Positions 11,139 to 21,462 of a stretch of DNA of 64,000 bases are shown here, one piece after another. Where the stretch lies: contig JACNKR010000025.1 of assembly GCA_014381925.1 (NCBI GenBank), positions 18,506 to 82,505 of the forward strand, read 5' to 3'. This stretch comes from Fidelibacterota bacterium. Its GTDB lineage: Bacteria; Fidelibacterota; Marinisomatia; SCGC-AAA003-L08; GCA-2689995. Both the position numbers and the translations under genes were made by a program. The notes below the pieces were generated by a model. The model searched no databases and was not told the DNA's origin. It saw only the letters and a program-made list of their open reading frames with translations. The stretch's first letter is position 1. Every line of letters begins with the position of its first letter.

Positions 11139-12647
11139 ATGATTAGAAAATTTTATATTCCATTTTTATTTTTGACTTCAATTTTTGCACAGGATGTGGA
11201 TTCTACAATGAGTTTATCTGGAGGTTTAGGCTCAATTACGATAGATGGTGAAATTTATAACCAAATTGCACTTCGACCTGTAATCCCAATTGGAAAACTT
11301 GGAATTGGTCTTGATTTTTATTTAAATATTAACTCAAGTGGTGATATTCATACTGCGGATTATGACTTTTCAGATTTTGAATCTGGAGCAAGAACGGTTT
11401 TAGATAAAATTAGATTTATAAAATATGGAAATACACAGGACCCCTTTTATTTTACATTTGGAAATTTAGAGAATGTTGTTTTAGGGAATGGTATTTTGGT
11501 GAATGGTTACACAAATGCACTTGAATACCCATCAAATAGAAAACTTGGATTAAATTTTGGTGCTGATTTTGGAACTCTTGGATTAGAATTTGTAGTTAGT
11601 GATTTTAAATATGAACCTGGCCTTGTAGGTGCAAGATTAAATTATAAAATTCTCCCAGGTTTAGATATGGGACTTTCAATTGCAACAGATGTAAACCAAT
11701 TTGCTGGTTTATCTAATAAAGATGGTGATGATTATCCTGATGTTTATGACCATTTTCCTGATGATTCAGATAAATGGGACGACGCACTAGAAGAACAGGG
11801 TGATTGGCAGGATATTTATGAACTTTATGTCAACTCTAATGACATATCCTTTAATGATTGGTTTAAGTCATTACCTCTTAATCATAATTCATATAATCCT
11901 GCAACAAGTGAATCAAATGATATTGTTGGATTTAGTTTTGATTTAAATTATAAATTAAATGAAAAATTAAAATTATATTCACAGGCAGGTACATTAATTT
12001 CAAATGAATTAGATTTGTTTGGAAGTAATGGGGGAATTAATTATTCACCAGGAGTAGGACTTGTACCGATTGGATTATCTTATCATTTAGGTCCTTTTCA
12101 ATTTTTAGCAGAATACCGTTATAATACAAGATATTTCTTATATAATTATTGGGATAGATCGTATGAAATTAATAGAGCAACCGTTTCATTTGCTAATATA
12201 AATGATGAAGAAGATGAAATAATAACAAAAGAAAATTCATTAATTAATTATGGAAAAATGAATGGAGTTTATTCTCAATTAACGGGAAATATTGCAAATC
12301 TATTATTTTTAACTACTTCATATACTTATATGGATGGTGAGGTAAAAAATAATGAAGATGTATTTGAAACACAAAATAATAATTCATTTACAACTATTCT
12401 ATCATTAAAAGAGAATTTAATTCCTCGATTAAAAAAGGCAGAAGCATTTTATCAACAAAAAAATGTACCAAATCCATTTGATTTTGAATTTACTGAAACA
12501 TCACTTTATGGGTTTGTTATTGGTTTTCAAGTCACACAAGATATGATAATTCAATATAAATCTACAACTTCATTTGTTATGTCTGAAAATGGTGTCGATT
12601 ATGAACCAATAAGTACAATTTTAGTTGAAACTCAATTTGCGTTTTAA
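11139..12647 (+). CDS. secreted, probably outer-membrane beta-barrel protein with an acidic Ca-binding-like insert
   Basis: Signal peptide, alternating beta-strand pattern, terminal Phe (ETQFAF), DGDDYPDVYDHFPDD insert. Track start is 11130. Confidence 0.5.
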   Translation: MIRKFYIPFLFLTSIFAQDVDSTMSLSGGLGSITIDGEIYNQIALRPVIPIGKLGIGLDFYLNINSSGDIHTADYDFSDFESGARTVLDKIRFIKYGNTQDPFYFTFGNLENVVLGNGILVNGYTNALEYPSNRKLGLNFGADFGTLGLEFVVSDFKYEPGLVGARLNYKILPGLDMGLSIATDVNQFAGLSNKDGDDYPDVYDHFPDDSDKWDDALEEQGDWQDIYELYVNSNDISFNDWFKSLPLNHNSYNPATSESNDIVGFSFDLNYKLNEKLKLYSQAGTLISNELDLFGSNGGINYSPGVGLVPIGLSYHLGPFQFLAEYRYNTRYFLYNYWDRSYEINRATVSFANINDEEDEIITKENSLINYGKMNGVYSQLTGNIANLLFLTTSYTYMDGEVKNNEDVFETQNNNSFTTILSLKENLIPRLKKAEAFYQQKNVPNPFDFEFTETSLYGFVIGFQVTQDMIIQYKSTTSFVMSENGVDYEPISTILVETQFAF

Positions 12648-12650
12648 AAT

Positions 12651-15236
12651 ATGATTTCATCTTCAAAAGTTAGGCAACAGTTTATTGATTTTTTTAAATC
12701 TAAAGAACATCATTTTGTTCGGAGCTCTCCTGTTTTCCCCATAGATGATCCTACATTATTATTTACAAATGCAGGAATGAATCAATTTAAACCCATATTC
12801 CTAGATCAAGAAAAGCCAAAATATAACAGAGTCGCAAATTCTCAAAAATGTATTAGAGCCAGTGGGAAGCATAATGACCTTGAAGAAGTTGGCGTTGATA
12901 ATTATCACCATACTTTTTTTGAAATGTTGGGTAATTGGTCATTTGGAAATTATTACAAAAATGAGTCAATAAAGTGGGCATGGGAATTATTAACAGAAGT
13001 GTGGAAACTTGATAAATCCAAATTGTGGGTTTCAATTTATAAAGATGATGATGAAACAGGTGAAATTTGGAAACAGATAACGGATGTAGATCCTAATCGA
13101 ATTTTAAAGTTTGATAAAAAAGAAAATTTTTGGGAAATGGGTGAGACAGGCCCATGTGGACCATGTACAGAAATTCATTATTATACAGGGAATGACCCCC
13201 AAAACCAAGATTCTAAAGGTGTAAATGTTTTACCAGAGTATCGTGAGATTTGGAATTTAGTTTTTATTCAATATAATAGGAAATTGGATCAATCTCTCGA
13301 AAATTTACCTGCAACTCATGTTGATACTGGAATGGGATTAGAACGAATTACGGCAATTATAAATGGCTATGAGTCTAATTATGATACTGATTTATTTCAA
13401 CCAATAATAAAAGCCGTTGAGAAAATTAGTGGAAAATCAATTCAATTTGAAGATGGTATTCCTCATCGGGTAATTGCAGATCATTTAAGAATGATAAGTT
13501 TTTCAATTGCAGATGGTATAATGCCTGGGAATGAAGGTCGTGGTTATGTTGTGAGACGAATCTTAAGAAGAGCATTAAAATTTGGACGGTCATTAGGTTT
13601 AAATAATCCATTTTTACATTTATTAGTTGATGGTTTAGTAGAGCAAATGAAAGATGCATTTCCTGAAATTTATGAAAAACAAAGCCATGTAAAAAAAGTA
13701 ATTTTAGCAGAAGAAAAATCATTTAATAGAACCTTGGATAAAGGATTAGAAATTTTTGAAAACATATGTAATACATTAGATGGTAATATAATATCAGGAG
13801 AAGATGCTTTTAAATTATATGATACGTATGGGTTTCCATTAGATTTAACTGAATTATTAGCTCGAGAGAAAGATCTATCTGTTGATATATCATTGTTTAA
13901 TAAATGTATGGAGCAACAAAGAACTCGAGCAAGAGAAGCTGGGAAATTTGGGGTAAAAGTAAATGAAAATCAGTGGGTTCAGATTGAAGGGTTAAATAAA
14001 AGTAATTTTATTGGTTATTCTGAAAATAGTTCAGTAAGTAGAATTATTAAATATAGAATTAATAAAAATGAATCTGAAATTGTATTGAACAATACTCCAT
14101 TTTATTCTGAATCTGGTGGACAAGTTGGTGATAAAGGCAAAATTTATAATAATGATTTCTCATTTAATGTTCTAAATACTCAAAAATTAGGTGATGATAT
14201 TATTCATTATGGGCGTTTCATTAATGGAAAACTCTTAGATGACTTTACGGTAACGGCAGAAATAGATCTAAGTTTAAGACAGTCGACTGAACATAATCAT
14301 ACAGCAACACATTTATTACATAAAGCACTTAAAACAAATTTAGGCGATCATGTTAATCAGGCTGGCTCATTAGTTTCACCTGAAAAATTGAGATTTGATT
14401 TGACACATTATGAACAAATTTCAAAAAATGATTTAATGATGATTGAAAAAGATGTTAATTCGATTATTTTACAAAATATAAAATTGAATATACTTGAAAC
14501 ATCATTTGATAGTGCAAGAAAAGATGGAGCCGAAGCACTTTTTGGTGAAAAATATGGTGATTTAGTTCGCGTAGTAGATGTACCTGGCTATTCAAAAGAA
14601 TTATGTGGTGGAACGCATGTTAGTAGAACTGGAGATATTGGTCTATTTAAAATAATATCAGAATCATCTCTTGCTTCAGGAATAAGAAGAATTGAAGCTG
14701 TTACTGGAAAAAATGCAATAGATAGAGTCGTTATTAATGAACAAATTTTAGATGAGATTTCATCTGTATTAAATACATCAAATGATAAGGTAATTATTCA
14801 TATTGGTGATTTGAAAAATAAAATTAAATTTTTGGAAAAAGAATTAAATCGAATAAATAAGAAAAACCAAGTAGAATTAATTTCTGATTTAATGAGGAAT
14901 GCGATTGAGATTAATGAAAATAAATTAATTTTTTCTATGGTGGAAAATATTTCAGATTTAAAAGAATTTGGGATTCAAGTTTTAGATAAATGTGTTAAAA
15001 AAACAGCAATTTTATTAGGGTTAAAATTGAATAATAAACCGCTTGTCTTTTGCGGTGTAACTCCTGATCTTATTGGTAAGATTCATGCAGGTAACATAGT
15101 TAGAGAGCTTGGATCAAGAATGGGCGGAGGCGGAGGTGGTAAACCTAATTTAGCAACAGCTGGAGGAAAAGATCTTAATTTATTAGATGATACATTGGAA
15201 TTTGGAAAAAATAAATTGATTGAATTATTAAAATGA
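12651..15236 (+). CDS. alaS: alanine--tRNA ligase
   Basis: LLFTNAGMNQFK, HHTFFEMLGN, DTGMGLER, editing HTATH and ELCGGTH, C-terminal GGGGG. Confidence 0.98.
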   Translation: MISSSKVRQQFIDFFKSKEHHFVRSSPVFPIDDPTLLFTNAGMNQFKPIFLDQEKPKYNRVANSQKCIRASGKHNDLEEVGVDNYHHTFFEMLGNWSFGNYYKNESIKWAWELLTEVWKLDKSKLWVSIYKDDDETGEIWKQITDVDPNRILKFDKKENFWEMGETGPCGPCTEIHYYTGNDPQNQDSKGVNVLPEYREIWNLVFIQYNRKLDQSLENLPATHVDTGMGLERITAIINGYESNYDTDLFQPIIKAVEKISGKSIQFEDGIPHRVIADHLRMISFSIADGIMPGNEGRGYVVRRILRRALKFGRSLGLNNPFLHLLVDGLVEQMKDAFPEIYEKQSHVKKVILAEEKSFNRTLDKGLEIFENICNTLDGNIISGEDAFKLYDTYGFPLDLTELLAREKDLSVDISLFNKCMEQQRTRAREAGKFGVKVNENQWVQIEGLNKSNFIGYSENSSVSRIIKYRINKNESEIVLNNTPFYSESGGQVGDKGKIYNNDFSFNVLNTQKLGDDIIHYGRFINGKLLDDFTVTAEIDLSLRQSTEHNHTATHLLHKALKTNLGDHVNQAGSLVSPEKLRFDLTHYEQISKNDLMMIEKDVNSIILQNIKLNILETSFDSARKDGAEALFGEKYGDLVRVVDVPGYSKELCGGTHVSRTGDIGLFKIISESSLASGIRRIEAVTGKNAIDRVVINEQILDEISSVLNTSNDKVIIHIGDLKNKIKFLEKELNRINKKNQVELISDLMRNAIEINENKLIFSMVENISDLKEFGIQVLDKCVKKTAILLGLKLNNKPLVFCGVTPDLIGKIHAGNIVRELGSRMGGGGGGKPNLATAGGKDLNLLDDTLEFGKNKLIELLK

Positions 15237-16693
15237 AATTAACAGAAACACCTATCATATTTACTCAATCCAAAAAAAATGTATGTGGATTTCAATTACC
15301 ATCTACATGTATTCCAGAATTAAATCCAGAATCAATTATAGATCAATCGATGTTAAGAAATAAACCTGCTCGATTACCTGAGATATCTGAACCTGAGGTC
15401 GTTAGGCATTTCACTAACCTTTCTGTAAAAAATCATCATGTAGATAAAGATTTTTATCCATTGGGTTCATGTACAATGAAATATAATCCAAAAATAAATG
15501 ATAAATTAGCAAGTCATTCAAAGATTATTTCTTTACACCCAGATGAAAAAGATTCAAATATACAAGGTGCATTAAAAATTATGTATGAGCTTGAAATTTT
15601 CTTATCAAAAATGACAGGTATGAATCGATTTACTCTTCAACCAACAGCAGGTTCACAAGGAGAATTTGTTGGTTTATTAATGATGCAAAAATACCATCGA
15701 AAGAAAGGAAATAATAAAAAATATATAATTATTCCTGAAACTGCTCATGGAACAAATCCAGCGAGTGTAGTCTTAGGTGGGTATAAAACTTTACAAGTTC
15801 AATCTAATGATAATGGACGTGTTGATATTGAACATTTAAAATCATTAATGTCAGACCAAATTGCAGGAATGATGTTAACCCAACCAAATACATTGGGATT
15901 ATTTGAAGATGAAATTGAAGAAATAACGAAAATAATACATCAATATGATGGATTAATGTATATGGATGGTGCAAACTTAAATGCATTAATAGGCCTTGTA
16001 AAGCCTGAAAAAATGGGGTTTGATATATTACATATAAATCTTCACAAAACATTCTCTACACCTCATGGAGGCGGTGGGCCAGGTGCAGGACCAATTGGTG
16101 TTGTAGAGAACTTAGTCGAGTTTTTACCTATTCCTATGATTAAAAAAGTTGATGATAGGTATTCTTGGGACTTTGATTATCCAAATTCAATTGGGCAGAT
16201 TCACACATTTTATGGAAATTATGGTATTCTTGTTAGGGCTTGGGCATATATTCGCACATTAGGCGAAGAGGGGGTAAAGCAGATGACTCGCCAAGCCATA
16301 ATAAATGCAAATTATTTAAAGAAAAAAATAGAAGATGTATATGAAGTTCCTTTTTCAGAAGGTACATTACATGAATTTGTTGCTTCTGGTAAAGCTCAGA
16401 AAAAACGAGGGATTAAAGTTTTAGATATTGCTAAAAGTTTATTAGACTATGGATATCATGCGCCAACTATTTATTTCCCAATTAATATTCCTGAGGCAAT
16501 GATGATTGAACCAACGGAATCTGAAACAAAAGAAACATTAGATGCTTTTGCACAGGCATTAATTGAAATCGATAAAAAAATTACTGAAAACCCCCAAGAA
16601 TTATTAGATGCGCCAATTACAACTCCTGTGAAAAGGTTGAATGAAACAAAAGCAAATAGAGAACTTAATTTAAAATTTGATTATGAAATTTAG
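15233..16693 (+). CDS. gcvPB: glycine dehydrogenase (decarboxylating) subunit 2
   Basis: YPLGSCTMKYNP, AHGTNPAS, LHKTFSTPHGGGGPG, MIEPTESE. Confidence 0.95.
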   Translation: MKLTETPIIFTQSKKNVCGFQLPSTCIPELNPESIIDQSMLRNKPARLPEISEPEVVRHFTNLSVKNHHVDKDFYPLGSCTMKYNPKINDKLASHSKIISLHPDEKDSNIQGALKIMYELEIFLSKMTGMNRFTLQPTAGSQGEFVGLLMMQKYHRKKGNNKKYIIIPETAHGTNPASVVLGGYKTLQVQSNDNGRVDIEHLKSLMSDQIAGMMLTQPNTLGLFEDEIEEITKIIHQYDGLMYMDGANLNALIGLVKPEKMGFDILHINLHKTFSTPHGGGGPGAGPIGVVENLVEFLPIPMIKKVDDRYSWDFDYPNSIGQIHTFYGNYGILVRAWAYIRTLGEEGVKQMTRQAIINANYLKKKIEDVYEVPFSEGTLHEFVASGKAQKKRGIKVLDIAKSLLDYGYHAPTIYFPINIPEAMMIEPTESETKETLDAFAQALIEIDKKITENPQELLDAPITTPVKRLNETKANRELNLKFDYEI

Positions 16694-17108
16694 AAAAGAG
16701 AATAATCTTTATTTTATTTCACTTGAACCAGGAGATATGATTAATTCTTCATTTGAAAAATTAGCTGAAATTGAAAAATTAAATTCTGGTTGGATTCAAG
16801 GAATTGGAGCTGTGACAAATCTTGAAATGGGATATTATGAACTTATTTCAAAATCTTATATTCGGAAAAATTTTAATGATGATTATGAATTAACCAGTTT
16901 GAGCGGAAATATTACAATTAAAGATGGTAAATTATTTTCACACACACATATTAATTTTAGTGATAGTAAATTTAATGTCTTTGGGGGTCATTTATTTGAA
17001 GGTGAAATTTCAGCTGCAGGCGAATTTATTATGACTGTTGGTGAAAATTTTATAAATAGAAAGTTTGATAATTTTACTGGTCTTGCTTTATGGTGTTTAG
17101 AAAAATGA
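16683..17108 (+). CDS. PPC domain (DUF296) protein
   Basis: GIGAV, ELTSLSGNI, HTH-INF, GGHL motifs. Confidence 0.85.
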   Translation: MKFRKENNLYFISLEPGDMINSSFEKLAEIEKLNSGWIQGIGAVTNLEMGYYELISKSYIRKNFNDDYELTSLSGNITIKDGKLFSHTHINFSDSKFNVFGGHLFEGEISAAGEFIMTVGENFINRKFDNFTGLALWCLEK

Positions 17109-17482
17109 GAAAAATAATTAAAACACAAAATGCTCCTTTAGCAATTGGAACATATTCACAAGGAGTGACATTTCAAAATTTGGTTTTTACTTCAGGACAA
17201 ATCTGTTTAAATCCTGAAACTGGAAAATTAAATAATGACACTTTTAAAAATGAAGTTCGACAAGTCTTGAATAATTTAAATGCTGTTTTACTTGAATCAG
17301 GGAGTGCATTAAGTCAAATTTTAAAGGTTACGGTATTTATTACTGATTTATCATTATTTTCAGAGTTAAATGAAGTTTTTTTAGAGTTTTTCCCTGAACA
17401 TCCACCGGCAAGATCAGCAGTTGAAGTTTCTGCTCTTCCAATGAATGTAAGAGTTGAAATTGAAGCAATTGGAATAATTTGA
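17105..17482 (+). CDS. ridA: RidA/YjgF enamine deaminase
   Basis: APLAIGTYSQG, SGQI, PARSAVEVSALP, VEIEAI; ATG overlaps the upstream TGA. Confidence 0.9.
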   Translation: MRKIIKTQNAPLAIGTYSQGVTFQNLVFTSGQICLNPETGKLNNDTFKNEVRQVLNNLNAVLLESGSALSQILKVTVFITDLSLFSELNEVFLEFFPEHPPARSAVEVSALPMNVRVEIEAIGII

Positions 17483-17820
17483 ATATTAGAAGTTTTATTT
17501 TAGTCATATTCATTTCAATTTTTTTTACACAAGAAACATTTATTGATTCTACTCAAATAAAAAATCCAACCTTATCTTGGAAACTTAGTTTAATTCCTGG
17601 ATTAGGTCAAATTTATAATGGTAATTTTTATAAATCATTTATTATTAATTCTGCTTTAGGGCTTTCAGTTGTAGAGATGAATCAAAATATCAAAAATATA
17701 CATAAAAGAAATACATGGGGGTGGTGGATTTTTGGAATTTATACACTTGGAATTTTAGATGCCTATGTAGATGCTCATTTAACTTCATTTCCAATATATA
17801 AAAAAAAGAAAAAAGAATAA
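17479..17820 (+). CDS. small membrane protein (DUF5683-like)
   Basis: SLIPGLGQIYNG and ILDAYVDAHL motifs. Confidence 0.6.
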   Translation: MNIRSFILVIFISIFFTQETFIDSTQIKNPTLSWKLSLIPGLGQIYNGNFYKSFIINSALGLSVVEMNQNIKNIHKRNTWGWWIFGIYTLGILDAYVDAHLTSFPIYKKKKKE

Positions 17821-19193
17821 TGTGTGGTATAATCGGTTTATATAATAACCCAGAAGCAGGTACTTTTGCTTATATGGGGCTTTATGCTCAACAACATCGT
17901 GGGCAGGAAGGTGCTGGAATAGTTACATGTGATGGCGATAAAATGTATAGTCATACAGGACAAGGACTTGTTTCTGATGTTTTTTCAGATTCTAAAATAT
18001 TTGATAATTTAAAAGGACATTATGCAATTGGTCATACACGATATTCAACAACTGGAGAAAATAATGCAACCAATGTAGGCCCATTATTATTTAATTTAGG
18101 TGACTCTTTTATTTCAATTGCTCATAATGGTAATTTAGTAAACTTAACTTCCATTCGAAAAAAACTTCAAAAAAATGGGGCAATTTTTCAAACCACTACT
18201 GACACTGAAATCATCATTCATTTACTCGCCCGAAGAACTGAGCCAACATTAACAAAACGGATTGCAGGAACACTAAAAGAAATTGAAGGTGCATTTTCAA
18301 TTATTATTATTTCTAAAGAAGGGCTACATATAGCGAGAGATACAAAAGGGATAAGACCCCTTTGTTTTGGGAAGCTAAATGATACAATTATTGTTGCATC
18401 TGAAACTTGTGCATTAGATTTATTAGGTGCACAATATATTAGAGATATCAATCCTGGAGAGTTATTAACTGTTAATAATTTTGGGGAAAGTTCAATACAA
18501 TTTGAAACTCCAGATAAAAATAAAAGCCATTGTATTTTTGAATATATATATTTTAGTAGGCCAGATTCCCAAGTCTTTGGAGAAAATGTAGATAAAATGA
18601 GGCGGAAATTTGGTAAAACACTCGCAGAAGAATCTACAATTGACTCCGCAGACATTGTAATATCAGTTCCAGATTCAAGTAATACATGTGCAATGGGTTA
18701 TGCAGCAACTTCAAATACAAAATATGAAATTGGGTTAATTAGAAATCATTATGTTGGCCGAACGTTTATTTTTCCAAATCAAAGGTTAAGAAGCCTAAAT
18801 GTTCGCTTAAAGTTTAATACAGTAAAAGGTGTATTAGATAACCGGGAAGTTGTATTAGTCGATGATTCAATTGTAAGAGGAACGACATTGAGGAAACTAT
18901 CTCAGTTATTAAAAGATGCGGGTGTTAAAAAAGTTCATGTTAGAATTAGTTCACCTCCCGTTCGGTATCCATGCCATTATGGGATGGATTTTCCTACAAA
19001 AGATGAATTGGCTGCAAATAAACACACTGTGAATGAATTAGCAGAAATAATAAAAGTTGATACATTAAATTATTTAACAATTGAAGGATTGCTAAAATCA
19101 GTTTCATTAAATAAAGATGATTATTGTACGGCTTGTTTTTCAGGTGAATACCCCATAGAAATAAAGGATAAAGTTGGTAAAGAAATTTTTTAG
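17820..19193 (+). CDS. purF: amidophosphoribosyltransferase
   Basis: N-terminal MCGI, QHRGQE, GHTRYST, VPDS, VDDSIVRGTT, Fe-S cysteines (PCHYG, CTACF). Confidence 0.97.
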   Translation: MCGIIGLYNNPEAGTFAYMGLYAQQHRGQEGAGIVTCDGDKMYSHTGQGLVSDVFSDSKIFDNLKGHYAIGHTRYSTTGENNATNVGPLLFNLGDSFISIAHNGNLVNLTSIRKKLQKNGAIFQTTTDTEIIIHLLARRTEPTLTKRIAGTLKEIEGAFSIIIISKEGLHIARDTKGIRPLCFGKLNDTIIVASETCALDLLGAQYIRDINPGELLTVNNFGESSIQFETPDKNKSHCIFEYIYFSRPDSQVFGENVDKMRRKFGKTLAEESTIDSADIVISVPDSSNTCAMGYAATSNTKYEIGLIRNHYVGRTFIFPNQRLRSLNVRLKFNTVKGVLDNREVVLVDDSIVRGTTLRKLSQLLKDAGVKKVHVRISSPPVRYPCHYGMDFPTKDELAANKHTVNELAEIIKVDTLNYLTIEGLLKSVSLNKDDYCTACFSGEYPIEIKDKVGKEIF

Positions 19194-20133
19194 AGATCAC
19201 CCTGTTCATAGAAAAATAGTTCCATTTTTGGATTATTTATTTTTACTCCGCCCAACATATTTTTTTGCAATTTGGATTGTCTTTTGTGCAGGAATGTTTT
19301 CAAGTCAATTTATACATGATAGCAACTTAATTTGGGGTGAGAAATTGAGTCTTAATTCTATTTTATTAATTATTGGGTTATCATCATTTACTTCAGCCTG
19401 TTTTATAAATTGGCAACTAAATTCTGAAACAAATTTTCCTTTACAAAAAAAGGTATTTTTAATTAATAAAAAAATTAATTCCAAGAATGCAATGATAGTT
19501 CAATATATTCTTTTTACTTTTGGTGCAATACTCATTGGAATTTCAGATTTCATTATGCTTCCCTTCCTTGTCTTAATACTTTATTTTTGCACATCAATTG
19601 TAAATAAAAATAAATTTAAACCTAATATCGTAAGTATTATAGCATTATCTATTTTAATTTATTTAATGGGTTACTTTCATAAACACTTTTTATTAAGCAC
19701 TCAGTTTGAATTTAAAAATATACAAATTATTTTTTCATATCTCTTTTTTGCAATTATTATTGCTATTTTAATTCAAAAAGATAGGGATTTCGATAGCGAT
19801 ACTAATTCAGTGTTGAATTATATTGTTTTAATATTCTTATGTATTTTAGCTGGAATAAATGGATTTTTATTAAATGATCCTATTTCATCGACAGCATCAA
19901 TTTCGATACTACCATTTTTAATTATGGTTTTAATTCGAAATAGTCATATTGATTTATTAAGAGCAATTCGATATTCATTATTAATTTTAGCTGTTTTTAT
20001 TTTTTCAACATATCCACAATTTATTTGGATTTCTATTTGTGTTTATATATTGAGTAAATATTATTATTGGCATCGCTTTGATTTTCATTATCCAAAATTA
20101 GTATTAGAAAATGATCGTAATAACACCAAATAA
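19174..20133 (+). CDS. UbiA-superfamily prenyltransferase-like membrane protein with degenerate Asp-rich motifs
   Basis: YLFLLRP N-terminal motif, about 9 TM segments; NWQLNSETN at the position of NDxxDxxxD. Confidence 0.55.
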   Translation: MVKKFFRDHPVHRKIVPFLDYLFLLRPTYFFAIWIVFCAGMFSSQFIHDSNLIWGEKLSLNSILLIIGLSSFTSACFINWQLNSETNFPLQKKVFLINKKINSKNAMIVQYILFTFGAILIGISDFIMLPFLVLILYFCTSIVNKNKFKPNIVSIIALSILIYLMGYFHKHFLLSTQFEFKNIQIIFSYLFFAIIIAILIQKDRDFDSDTNSVLNYIVLIFLCILAGINGFLLNDPISSTASISILPFLIMVLIRNSHIDLLRAIRYSLLILAVFIFSTYPQFIWISICVYILSKYYYWHRFDFHYPKLVLENDRNNTK

Positions 20134-20293
20134 ATGTGATTTTTGCGGAGCATGTGTTGCTGTTTGTCCTGTTGATTGTATCGATTTAAAAGAAGCGGAT
20201 ATTTCAATTAGACATGACGTCTGCATTGACTGTGATTTATGTGCTAATATATGCCCTATAGAAGTTTTGGAGCCAATTTATGATGAAAAGTAG
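20111..20293 (+). CDS. 2[4Fe-4S] ferredoxin
   Basis: CDFCGACVAVCP and CIDCDLCANICP. Confidence 0.93.
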   Translation: MIVITPNKCDFCGACVAVCPVDCIDLKEADISIRHDVCIDCDLCANICPIEVLEPIYDEK

Positions 20294-21461
20294 TTATGAT
20301 GTTGTAGTTGTTGGTGGTGGACCTTCTGGTTCAATGTCTGCAAAATTAGCTGCAGAAGGCGGTGTAAGTGTTTGTCTTTTAGAAAAAGATAGAGATATTG
20401 GGTATCCCGTTAGATGTGGTGAGGCAATTGGAGATTCAGGGTTAAGAAAATTTGTGGAACCTAAAGAATCTTGGTTTGCAGCTCATTTAAATAGCTTCAG
20501 CATGACTGCTCCCAATGGTACAAGTATTACTGCCGATTTTACATCAGATAAAGGTTATATTTTAAACCGAAGAGTTTTTGACTATGACTTAGCCCGACTC
20601 GCATCAGAAAAGGGTGCTGAAATTTTTACAAGAGCCTATGTATATGGATTAATTATTGAAGATGGATTTGTTAGGGGTGTAAAATTAGAATATTTAGGTG
20701 AGAAGAAAGAAATTCGTGCAAAAATTGTAATTGGTGCAGATGGTGTTGAATCACGAGTAGGGAGATGGGCAGGAATAAGAACTCAATTAAAAATGAAAGA
20801 TATGGAATCAGGATTCCAATATACACTTGCTAATGTAAATATTCCTCAAAATAGAATGGATTTTTTTGTGGGTAAAACATATGCACCAGGCGGTTATGTA
20901 TGGATATTTCCAAAGGGTGATGGAATAGCAAATGTTGGAATAGGTGTGAGCGGTACATATAGTAAAGAAAAATCTCCTCGAAAATTATTGGATAAATTTG
21001 TAAAAGAAAAATTTCCTGAAGCATCATTATTAACGACTGTATGTGGTGGAATTCCTTGTGATAAACCATTAAAGAAACCTGTTAAATCTGGATTAATATT
21101 AGTTGGAGATGCCGGTCATCAGGTGAATCCTGTTACTGGAGGAGGTATTTCTTCAGGAATGACTGGAGGATGGATTGCAGGACAAGTATCTGCTGATTTA
21201 ATTCGTAAAAACAAATTAGATGAAAAATCATTGACTGTTTATACAGAGTGGATTCATAAAGAATTTGGAAAAAACTATTCAAGAGTTTACAATATAAAAA
21301 ATGCAATTAGTCAATTTACAGATGAAGACTTAAATAATATTGCAGATAAAGTTAAAAAGCTACCCCGAGAGAAAAGAACATTGACACGAATTTTCTCTAC
21401 GGCACTTATAAAAAAACCATTACTTGTTATTGATGTAATAAAAGTATTTGCAGGAATTTAA
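20280..21461 (+). CDS. geranylgeranyl reductase family FAD oxidoreductase
   Basis: GGGPSG, PVRCGE, GADG, PGGYVWIFPKG, GGIP, VGDAGHQVNPVTGGGI. Confidence 0.88.
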   Translation: MMKSSYDVVVVGGGPSGSMSAKLAAEGGVSVCLLEKDRDIGYPVRCGEAIGDSGLRKFVEPKESWFAAHLNSFSMTAPNGTSITADFTSDKGYILNRRVFDYDLARLASEKGAEIFTRAYVYGLIIEDGFVRGVKLEYLGEKKEIRAKIVIGADGVESRVGRWAGIRTQLKMKDMESGFQYTLANVNIPQNRMDFFVGKTYAPGGYVWIFPKGDGIANVGIGVSGTYSKEKSPRKLLDKFVKEKFPEASLLTTVCGGIPCDKPLKKPVKSGLILVGDAGHQVNPVTGGGISSGMTGGWIAGQVSADLIRKNKLDEKSLTVYTEWIHKEFGKNYSRVYNIKNAISQFTDEDLNNIADKVKKLPREKRTLTRIFSTALIKKPLLVIDVIKVFAGI

Positions 21462-21462
21462 T

